Shown here: piece after piece, positions 51,280-61,309 of the stretch | How positions within the stretch are numbered: position 1 is the first letter of the stretch | Layout: the number at the start of each line of letters is the position of its first letter | From: Camelus ferus | Lineage: Eukaryota | NCBI RefSeq assembly: GCF_009834535.1 | Contig: NC_045697.1 | Coordinates: 70,186,001-70,250,000 of the forward strand | Reading direction: 5' to 3' | DNA: 64,000 nt | Translations under genes and position numbers: made by a program | Notes under the pieces: generated by a model | The model's database searches: none | Told to the model about the DNA's origin: nothing | What the model saw: only the letters and a program-made list of their open reading frames with translations

Positions 51280-51692
51280 AAAAGCATGGACCCACAATTC
51301 TGAAGTCAGGCTGCTTGTGTCCCAATCCCTTAACTTTATATACATCTAGCAATAAATCAAAGTGTATATTTTATGACTTTTCTTTATAAGTGTTCACAAT
51401 ATTATGATTTATTCATTCTTTTACCTCTTGGATGTATTAAGCCTACTTTCAAAAAATGATCATGAAAATGAATTAAACTGGCCTTAGTAATTACAGGAAA
51501 AAAAAAAGTACTAATCCCCTTCCTTCCATTATGGAAAGATTTTCATTGTTTTTACAAATACCGTTTTTACATGTATCAATTATGCTTCTGTTTCTATACT
51601 TTGTCACCAGTGCGGTATCCCTCCCCCTCCCCAGAACAATTTTACCAACGTTTCAATATGCTAAGCCTCCAATAAGGTAAATACAGATAAGC

Positions 51693-52783
51693 ACAGAAAG
51701 CCCTTGTTTCGTATAGTTCCACTGTAGACACCATTCAGTTACCAAAGTTTAGTTAAATAATACCACCCCTCAACCCACATAGTTTGGGTCAAGTCTCAGT
51801 GTGGTGTATTAACTGAACAACTGCATAAAGTACAAGCTTAACTAACTCTTCAGTTCACCATTCAGTATGTAAATAACTTCATCAATAACAAATGCACATT
51901 GTGATCAGTAACCAGTCACATCACTTCTTTCAGAGTGACTGATAACTGAGCATCTGTTATTCAGTTTATGCAAAGATAACAAAGCATGTGGTTTTTTTTA
52001 CTTTCTTTTCTTCCAGTGATAAACCATGAGACAAGGAAAAAAAGAGGGATTCTGAAATAGGGAATGGCCAATAAAGATGAAACTCAGCAAAGAAATAAAA
52101 AATGATAATGTTGGAAGTGAAATTCAAACAGAAAGTAACTGGAGTTCTAGAAGAAACCGGCAGCTGAGGAAGGCTGCCACTGGGTGCTGTGTACTGGATG
52201 TGCAGCCAGAACAACTTAATGAAGGCAAAGGTACTGACACAAATAAGAAAAGTGGTTGCGATGAAAAGGATAAAGATGTCCCACAGGAGGTGACTCTGGC
52301 AAGAAACTTCACATTCAAGGGACTCTCAGGGATATTTCCCATCACCGAAAGTATGAAAGACAAAATGCTGGAAGCTAGGCTTCCAAACCTAAAAAGCAAC
52401 ATGCCAATCTGCCAGGCACACCAAAAATGCCTGTTCCTTATCTTAAGGATGTACCTTTCAAATATCTGAAGGGACATGAAAAGAAGTGGACACTGTTCAA
52501 ACTACTTTAATACATTTTTTACAAAGAAATAAACAGTCTAATTCTCAATGTTTCTAATGTTTTAAATGATAGTGTATTAAATAAATATTAGTTATAGCAT
52601 TTGTTTCCATTCCCCTAAATATAACCAACAATAAGAGAAGTTGTAATGTGTTGGCAACATTTTTTAAAGGCACAAAACAAATACAATTTTTCCCAATGAT
52701 TATTATAATTGCTTTGGACAGTTTCAGTTTGAATGATCATTTTTATGGTCTTGCACTACTGTGCAAAGCTGAGAGTGCTGCTA
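51693..52783 (+). mobile_element. Tigger6a-like non-autonomous DNA transposon
   Basis: ttcagttaccaaagtttagttaaataatacc...gaaaaggataaagatgtcccacagga...gcactactgtgcaaagc; residual transposase C-terminus in ORF 52077..52469. Confidence 0.8.
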
Positions 52784-53569
52784 CTGCTCACTGTTAGGAT
52801 GAGAACAGAACTGGCAGCTTGCTTTACAGCTTACCACACCCAGGAGGAAGACAGTAAAAATGAATCTAAGTACTCCATTAACATAAAATCAATAGTAACA
52901 ATTAACACTTCAATAGTGTTTTCTTCCTGAGTAAGAAGAAAAATACAGATTAAATCAAAACCAGAAGATAATATTAATTTTGACTGCTCTGTAATCAGAG
53001 TAAAGGCACAGCCTAAAGGCAAACCACATAAGCCAATTTAGGCAAAAATCCAAATAAGAGGTTTTTTTCCTGCCATACACAGAAACTGACATCTAAAACC
53101 TTTCTAACTTCAAATAGATTTACAGAATAAAAAATAAAAAAAGAAATAAAGAAAGGACCTCACTACATATCCTGCTATATTAATTCAAAGGTTATTCAGT
53201 TCTTATGGAATGTGAAAATGGGTGTCTCAAGTCATACTCCTCTCTTTCATGTCCTTAACTCTCAAGTATCACTTTACATTAAACTAATGTGAATTTTAAT
53301 TCAGCTAAAGTGACAAAGTCCTTTGAATCAGTAAAATATTTAGAAGGAAGTCGCTGTCAACATAAGAACCTAATTTATAAAATGATGCATCTAATGGACT
53401 GTGTGCAGGTAGAAGAAAGCCTTGTGAATTTTCCAAGCATGAGCTGCTAAGTCTAGCATTTTGGGGTCATGTAGACTCAGTAAAAGGTCTTAAAAGCAGT
53501 ATTAAAAATAAAGGCAAGTTCTTAGGTTATTTTCCCCTTAAAATTACTTGAACTACTTCAAAGTATAAT

Positions 53570-55400
53570 CCAGTAAACTGCTAGGAAAGAACTCTGAAGT
53601 ACTTGGCAAGAAATCTGGGTTCTAGCCCTCCGGCATTCACTAATTGTTTAACCTCAGACAAGTCATGTAACTTTTCTAGGGCTCATGTTATTCACCTGCA
53701 AACTCAAAGTACATCACTTGTGCTACCTAAGATTATGTTAGGTATCTGAAAGTGCTCAATAGTAGCATAACGTACATACATTAATCTAAGATAAACAGAA
53801 ACAAAGTACAACATAAAATTAACGTGTTAAGCAGAATTTAATAACAAATTAGTGACTTTTTACCTTGGTAATTTTTTATACAGGAATCGTTTTAGGTCCT
53901 GAAAGAGAATATAAAAAATCGTATTATAATAATATGCCTTGTACTGGTTCTCTAGATACTGTCCTATCCACATTTCAGGTATATTAAGTATTCATTCATA
54001 ATCATTCTTACTAGTGTTTTGTCTTTCTCTTTCTGATTTTGATGCTTTTACTAGTTGTGTGACTTGCAGCAAGTGAACTAGCCTTTTCCTCTAAGCCTCA
54101 GTTTCATTACTTGTTGACTAGGGATAATTATAGAACTTACATCATAAGACTGTCATTAAAGTTTATTAAGAAGACACATATAAAGTGATTAGCATATCCA
54201 CTAGTGGAAACATAAATACATAATACATAGCATCTTTCCATGTCCACAGACTTCCTAACACCACTTTAATGATTCTGGGTAAATTGACTAACTTCTCTGA
54301 AACTCAGTTTCACAGGACTAAAGACAAATGACAATGCATGTCAAGTGTTCAGCAAGGGACACAGGACTAAAAAAACACAAGACGATTTTGTCTCATTACA
54401 CTCCCTCGTCTGGGGAATTTTATTGACAATCCAGGCATCAATTATGAGCTCTACATAAGTAAATCAGGTATCTGTTGATCTGCCCCTCTAATCCCTACTA
54501 TTCTCCAAACCTGAATGATCACTTTATTTCATGTTGTCACCACCAGCTTCCCTCTGCTCTCATCTCACACACACATGCCAAAAACTCATCATCTCTCATC
54601 TGAAAATCCAGATTTCCTCAATCTTGTCTTGTTTCCACTCATGGCACTACCAATCCTTCTATGTACTCAGCTTTGAAACAAAGTAATATTTAACCCTAAC
54701 CTCAAATGTGTCATTTTAAAAATCACTTACGAAGTCAAATGTTTTTGAACTAATCTCCTCTACTTTTCAAATGATATTACAGTTTAGGTTCATTTTATTA
54801 TTTGTGACTTGCACTAGCCTCCCAATTGGTATGATGGGCTCCCACTTCTATCTCATACATTTCTACACAATTCCAGTAATCATATTATTCTCCTTTTCTC
54901 AGTCCATAATTGCAGTGATTCTCAACCTTGGCAATGGAAAACACCTTATACCTTAGTCATCTTCATTTCTCCCACAGCCCTTATTACAGCAAACTTTTCA
55001 AGGGAGATGCTCAACAGAATTTAGTGATTTGACTATGCCTGGAAAATTAGGCCTCAAAAATACAACAGAAACGCCCCCAAAAGGAGCGATAGAGGCATAA
55101 AAAGTTGCTAAATGTTGAAACACATAATCTTGCAATCTAAAAAGAAAAATCAGATTCATATTGACATTGAATGACCATTTAGTCATTTAGTGTAGAGGGT
55201 AAGATCTGGAGTCAGTCGGCCTCGATTGGTATCTCCACAACTTACTAGCTGTGAAATATGAGGCGAGTCATTTGATCTTTTTGTGCCTTAGCATCCTCAT
55301 CTATAATACAGGGATAATAATAATAGCGCCTACCTCATAAAAGTTGTTGTAAAAATGACATGAGTATATGTTCAATGTTTCAAAGCATTATCTAGCATGT
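53570..55400. mobile_element. MIR fragments flanking LAMTOR3 exon 3 (about 53570-53770, 54040-54350, 55185-55400)
   Basis: aagtcatgtaacttttctagggctca, aagcctcagtttc, acttactagctgtga...cctcatctataatacagggataataat. Confidence 0.65.
53864..53898 (-). CDS. LAMTOR3: LAMTOR3 exon 3
   Basis: Reverse complement: ctttcag|GAC CTA AAA CGA TTC CTG TAT AAA AAA TTA CCA AG|gtaaaa; 35 nt; DLKRFLYKKLP(S). Confidence 0.96.
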
Positions 55401-55933
55401 ATGTAAGCAAAATAACAGCATGTAAAGAATAAACAAACTTAAGCATTAGTAGTAGCATTAATTCCCTGTTTCTAGTAATTAGTCTAATTAAGTTCCCCAA
55501 ATTTAGAATTTTGATTGTACTGCTGTGCCAAAGAGGCATTAGTTATAAATCATCTCAAATTGCTACTATAAATTTAGAGAGACACAATGAACACTTACTG
55601 GAAAAAGATTCAGAGAGCAAACCATCATTTAGAAATTGAAATGGTAAATAAGCAGTGCCCCTCTTACGTCTGCAGGATTGGAGAGTGGGAAAAATAAAAT
55701 TTTCTCAACTTCAACCACCTTAGTGTCCTCCAAACCCATTCCAGGCAGAAACTCATGACCCCACAAATTATTCATGTTAGGTTCTCACTCCAAATCCTAA
55801 AGAAAACAATTAATTGGAGTGGAGCGCTAAAACTAAGCAAATTTCTACTTGGGAAGCGCTACCTCTCCCCGCCCAGCAGCCTCATCCACCTCCCCACCCT
55901 CTCCTTTCCTCTGGTGTGGGAGTATTAACTCAC

Positions 55934-55942
55934 ATCCGCCAT
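55934..55942 (-). CDS. LAMTOR3: LAMTOR3 exon 2 coding part (ATG GCG GAT = MAD); whole exon 55934-55979
   Basis: Reverse complement: cttccag|GCGTGGAG...TTCATC ATG GCG GAT|gtgagt; strong Kozak context (A at -3, G at +4). Spliced CDS 9+35+59+134+64+74 = 375 nt = 124 aa plus stop, matching LAMTOR3/MP1. Confidence 0.93.
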
Positions 55943-56059
55943 GATGAACCCCTTTCTCCAGCAGGTTCAATCTCCACGCCTGGAAGAGAAACTCCTGGTG
56001 ACTCTCCCTTCAAGACGTCCTCGCCCTCACCCTCCCCACCCCCAACCTAATAATCGGCG

Positions 56060-56660
56060 TCAGCTCTTATCAGGGTGAGGCAAGGACCCGCGGCTCTAGG
56101 GCCTGGGGCAGGGCGGCCGAAGGGAGTCAGAGTTCCTAGGTACCCAGACGGGTAACCGAGACGCCTAACCTCAGCCCACTCCACCCTCTACCCGCCAAGA
56201 CCTAGGCCCGAAGTGGGGGGGGGGGGGCGTCCTCTCCTCCATCTCGCCGCGCGAGCCACCTGCGTGTCCAGGCCTCAATACCGGGCAGAGTAGCTCCAGT
56301 TACCTGGGTTTCTGGGCTGCCTGGTTCTCTGAGCTGTCACTTTAGGGACAGCTTCTGAGACAGGTTCCTCTAAAAGCTGCCGTCACATGATTTGTGACCT
56401 CCTCGGTGCTCCAGGAAGCACTTCCCACGCCCGCGATTCCCTGTGACGCAAGACTTCCGGGGAGGGGCTGCGGAAGCGGAGCGCGCAGCCCTGCGTGGCG
56501 CCCGCACGTCCCACCTGGGATGCTCCCTGCGCCTGCGTGGACACCCGGATGTTCGGGAGTCGGGACGTCAGGATACCGGCTGTTGGATCACGATTCCCAG
56601 GAGCTCGCCGAGCCCTGAAGATCCCCGGAAAACGCAAGCAAGACGTTTTTATTCGGAGAG
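56060..56660 (-). promoter_or_regulatory. LAMTOR3: CpG-island promoter of LAMTOR3
   Basis: High GC/CpG against an AT-rich background; E-box GTCACATGAT 56382-56391, CRE-like TGACGCA 56444-56450 and GACGTCA 56564-56570, ETS/GABP-type ACTTCCGG 56453-56460 and CGGAAG 56471-56476. Confidence 0.85.
56304..56400 (-). other. LAMTOR3: LAMTOR3 non-coding exon 1 (5' boundary approximate)
   Basis: Reverse-complement donor AACCCAG|gtaact at 56304/56303 inside the CpG-rich region; the TSS cannot be read from sequence. Confidence 0.7.
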
Positions 56661-57948
56661 GGTGCATACATTTTATTCGTTTTTAAGGGACCATTATCTT
56701 CTTGTAGATGAAGAAATTTGAAGGGGTGGTGTTACATGCTGAACAGCAAGCACCAGGTTGCCGGTGATTAGAAGTCCCAGGTCCATAGGTTTCTGATCCC
56801 AATTTCTTAGTCTCTTTTGGCTTTCCCATGGGTGCTGCCCCGATGCTCTGACCCAAGGCTTGGTGTAGATAGAATCCAGGAGCCATGAGCTTTCTGGTGC
56901 TCTGTTATGTGTGCACCTCGAGCCTCTACATATGCAGACATTGGACAACCTTCTTTCACTGGTTCTTGTCTTAGAAGGCTGCGCCTTTAAGGACTACCTA
57001 TTATTATTTTTTGTTTGGTGCCTTGTTTGCACATTTAACGAAAACCTACAGTATGCCGCAGGAAAGTGAGGTCGACTGATCTTCAACGCCAATCCCTAAA
57101 AGTAGAACTGCACAAGGAATTAACTATAGCCCAAAACGTCGTGAAAATAGTTGGATACCCATAACTACAAAGCTCCCAGATGTTGCAGATGAACTGCTAG
57201 TCATTACAAGTGAGCCTGACAGTTCCACAGCAACTGAGGTCATTGAAGATCACTTCCTTTTCCTTCCTTTCATTTCTTAGCTTCTAGGATACTGCACTTA
57301 TTTTAGCTCCTCACCCACTCTGGTCACTTAACTCTTAAGTGAAGGCATGTAAAGCCTGTCTTCGGTTTCTCTGCTGTTTTTCTCTTCTACAGTGTCCTGA
57401 GAATGTGAGTCCTAAATCCCCACCTTTCATCTGAATCCTAGGTCCACATTTTCAACTGCTTGTTGGATACTGGTTATTTTTTTTTACATACAAGTCTGTC
57501 AGTGCTAACTCAAAAGCTCCAAAACCATCAGTTAACCTGTGTCTCCTGATCTCTGTTTGTGTTAGTTCCACGATTCCATCAAGTCAGTTACCATGTTTGC
57601 TCTTTCCTTCCTTAACAATGACTTTACACTATATTTTTTCAACTCTTCATTCAAACCATTATTCTATTCAGCAAGACTATATCAATAGCCACTTAATAAT
57701 GCCTAGTTAAACCTTTCTAAAAGGTACATTTTTGCTGATCAAAAATCTTCAGTGATAATACCTCTGCAGACAATAGTTGACATACTCCTCAATCTGGTAC
57801 TAGTATATCATTCTAATTTACTTCTAAATGCATTCTAATGTGATTCCTATACTCCAGCCACATTGATTACTTCACCCTTACATCAAAATTACTTTTTATT
57901 TCCCCACTGGTTCTTGAGGTTCCTTTACTCTAAAATGCTTATTTCTCT

Positions 57949-58469
57949 TGTAGGAGAGGAAAAACTTCCGTCTACTCTCATAGATTTTGTGGCTGGGCCT
58001 AACAATGAAATTGACAGATTAACAGCAGGAAAATCATACAAATTCATTTAATTTTTTTACATGTGCATGGGAGTCTTCAGAAGGAAAATGAAGATCCAAA
58101 GAAGCCATTTGGCCCCAAAGTTTACAATTTTACACAAAGAACAAAAAATTGTGGGAATGAGACAAGGGGACTTGGGCTAGGGGCAGTAAATTGTAGGATA
58201 ATGACTATTAAATATATGGCATAAACTAATGGAAAATAAGGGTTATTTTAGTAGGTTCGTTTGCACACATCCATTTTGGTGTCAGTCCCATCTGGTGATG
58301 AGAATGTTCTCTTTCTGGTAAAGGGAGGGTACCTTTCTCTTGGGAAGTTTTATGACAAGCCTTTAAGTATAAAGTGGGAGGTGAGAGAGACCTTCCTGCA
58401 CCTGCTGTTTCTTAGTGCTTTCAGCTCAAAAGTAGCATATTTTAGGGTGGCATGTTCTAAACCCCTTCA
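57949..58469 (-). mobile_element. ERV1-class solo LTR (MER41/MER4-group-like)
   Basis: tg...ca termini (tgtaggagagg ... ttttagggtggcatgttctaaaccccttca); near-identical 4-bp flanks ctct/cttt. Confidence 0.7.
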
Positions 58470-58572
58470 CTTTCTACCTTAGCTGTTTAAATCTTGTTTC
58501 CTTATAACACCTTCTCACCTACTTTCTACCTTAGCTGTTTAAATCTTGTTTCCTTATAACACCTTCTCACCT
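58469..58572 (+). repeat. Perfect 52-bp tandem duplication
   Basis: actttctaccttagctgtttaaatcttgtttccttataacaccttctcacct at 58469-58520 and 58521-58572. Confidence 0.95.
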
Positions 58573-59759
58573 ATCACATTCTTTTGAATACCACTATATA
58601 CTACCAAGAATGACTGATATTTATTTGTGCATAATTATGTGCCATAGTTTTGGTTTGTTTACTCAATGAGACCATAAGGTCTAGAAGGAGGGGGTCACCG
58701 TTTAGAATTTTTCAGTTTCATACAATGCCTATGTTTCTTGCACTCTGTAGGTACTTGGTCAACATTAGTAGAATGCAAGTGATTAAAAGAAACCATTAGC
58801 CCTGGCCCTGACTAAGACTATAACTTACTTCCTCTGTACCCTCCCTCTATTTGCCCCCAAGTTTAGAGTTAAATAAAAATATGAATTCTAGCAAGAACTT
58901 CTAATTTCTGAGGCACTACTTTTCATTTTAACAAAATTATCCATCTTAATGACCTTACGAAATGGTAGTTGACCTGGAAAATATTGCTTTTTCCTTCTTT
59001 AGTGGCAAAAAGGGAGAGCACAACTTTTCAAGATCTCCAAACACAACAAGGTCTGCAAATTGAAAAATCTAGTAAGATTTTTCATTTCCAAATGTGGTTT
59101 CCAAATTATAGCATGTCAACAGAATTCCTTATGTACTCAGATTGATCTGTTTTCATTTACCCATTGATACCACTGCTGTTGGTATAGGACTAAGGGGAAT
59201 ATTTACTGACCTAAAAGGTTATCAGCATCATGTGCCAGTTCGCTAAAGTGGGGTCTACCAGATGATCTCTGAGGTTCAGAAAGAAACTAGGAGAAATTGT
59301 ACACATTCATACACACAAAAAATTTTTATCTCATTATACAAATTTGCTACTTTGGCTATGTACACAACATGTTAGTATATTATGTAACATGTGTTATATA
59401 ATTAACGTGTATATAGTTAACATACACGTTGAAGTTCTGTTATATCAGAGCCTTTGTTTCTGTTTCTCTTTAGCTTAAACTTCTCTTAGTTGTATACAGT
59501 TGAGAGCTCTCAAATTTTTTTTTTTTTGGTTTTGTTTTCCTATCAAAAATTCAACAATTATCTGGATTTATGCTGGCTTCACTGGCTGTGTGAAAATTCT
59601 AGCTGGTATTCAAACTCATGAGAGGGAGAGTCTTGCTGATTCTCCAACATACAAAAATGGAAATTTTATCAATTAGACTGGTAAAGTTGGAAAACGTCTT
59701 ACAAATTTTGATTCTGGCTGTGGTTTGGGATTTAGCCCACTGAAAATACAATTATACAG

Positions 59760-61260
59760 TCTATAAAATAACTTTCTCTTTTATACTATCACCCATGGTC
59801 ATCACAACCTGGACTTAGGCAGTCTGAAATCACTAATTCCCTCCATCTCTGGCTTACATCCAAGAGTCAAGCAGTGAAACCACTCACTTGTCAATGTCTT
59901 AAACTCCCCTACCATCTTTCCTGCCTGACAGAACCCCAAATTTGGATGAGTTAAATAAGTTGTATTCTCTAGGCCTATGCCTAGGCTGCTGGGTTAAGCT
60001 GGAGAAAATACACAAAACTAAACAGATTGTAAATTCTGTAACCAACCTGGGACCCTAGTCAGCTGACTCAGTGAAAATGATTCCTTCAAATTGTCTTCAT
60101 TCTTTGTAACCCTTGCTCATCATCCTTCCCCTCCCTAACTTTACATAACCTGCCTATTTCGTTAATAAAATACAAACTATAACATCGGGCCACCAATGCT
60201 ACAAGTCTGCATTTGCACCCAGCCCTTGTATATTCCATTCTGAAAGAATGTTGGTGGTGAAAGTAATTCTTCCTTCTTTGCAATGGCTCCAATATCCTCT
60301 GGAATAGCAGGTGCTTAATGCTATTATCCTTCTTTTCTCTGTCTTTATTCTTTCACTTTCTGCTTGCCTTTTTCCATCAGAATAAAAAGAATCAGTAAGG
60401 CCTCTCATGTAATAAACAATAATTGAAAAAAAAGCCTTCTGTAGAAACCACATCCTCCTCCAGCTACCATCCCTTTTCTCTACTTCTTTTCATCATCAAA
60501 TTTTTGGAAAGTTTTTAATTGCTGCCTCCATTTTTATCCCAAATCTAATCAATCAGATTCTCTTGATTCTACATCCTGGACTGTATCTCAAAATCTGTCA
60601 CCATCTCTATTCCTCCTCTGGTCCAATCCATGATCATCTCTCCTTTGACAATAACTCCCTGTCCTTCCTACATTCACTTTTGTCCTCTAATCTTCTTTGC
60701 ACAGTAACTAAAATGTTATTTTAAAAACTCAAAACTAATCCTGTTAACTCCCTCATTAAAAATCTTCAAAAGGTTTTTTACTGTCTTAGGATAGTGTCCA
60801 ATTACCATCATCATAGTTTATATGTGGTCTCATGGGATCTGGCCCTTAATCTTATTTTAATTCTCTAACTTGGCCTGGCTTCCTTATGCCATAATCATTC
60901 AAGTTTGTTTTCACTTCTGTAAAGTTTCTATGACTTTATCACTTAGCACACTCCATATGAAATACTTATCTAACATTCACCTCACTCCTACTTACCTCAT
61001 CTTCTGGGTTTCAGCTTAAGCTCACTTTCTAAGAGAAACCTTCCCTGATCCTCCCAGAGTAAGTTAAGTTTTCTAGTTATATGCTTTTGTTGCACCTTGT
61101 AATTTTCTTTGTAGCATTCATCATGGTTATATTTATTTACTTGACAGTTATTTCCCTTGCTAGATGTAAATTTCATAAGGATTTTTGTCTTGTTCAATGA
61201 TTAATTCCTATATCACTGCCTGGGATATTCATACATTTGTTGAATGGATGAATGAATGAA
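59760..61260 (+). mobile_element. L2 (L2a-like) fragment ending in its tail
   Basis: ctcctccagctaccatccc..., tcagcttaagctcactttctaagagaaaccttccctga, atttgttgaatggatgaatgaatgaa. Confidence 0.7.
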
Positions 61261-61309
61261 AGAAAGGACATTAAGGGTATAAAACATGATAAAAACAAAT
61301 CCTTTACAG

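Noticed and set aside
52077..52477. Overlapping 130-aa and 117-aa ORFs as a gene pair
   Set aside because: They lie inside the Tigger6-like element; one is a residual transposase frame and the other its antisense shadow
58469..58572. CRISPR-like repeat array
   Set aside because: Only two abutting units, no spacers, eukaryotic context; no CRISPR, operon or other prokaryotic system is visible anywhere in the window
59366..59430. Two adjacent short hairpins (acatgtta/taacatgt; aacgtgtat/atacacgtt)
   Set aside because: 8-9 bp stems in low-complexity TA/TG-rich DNA are expected by chance; no recognisable RNA family
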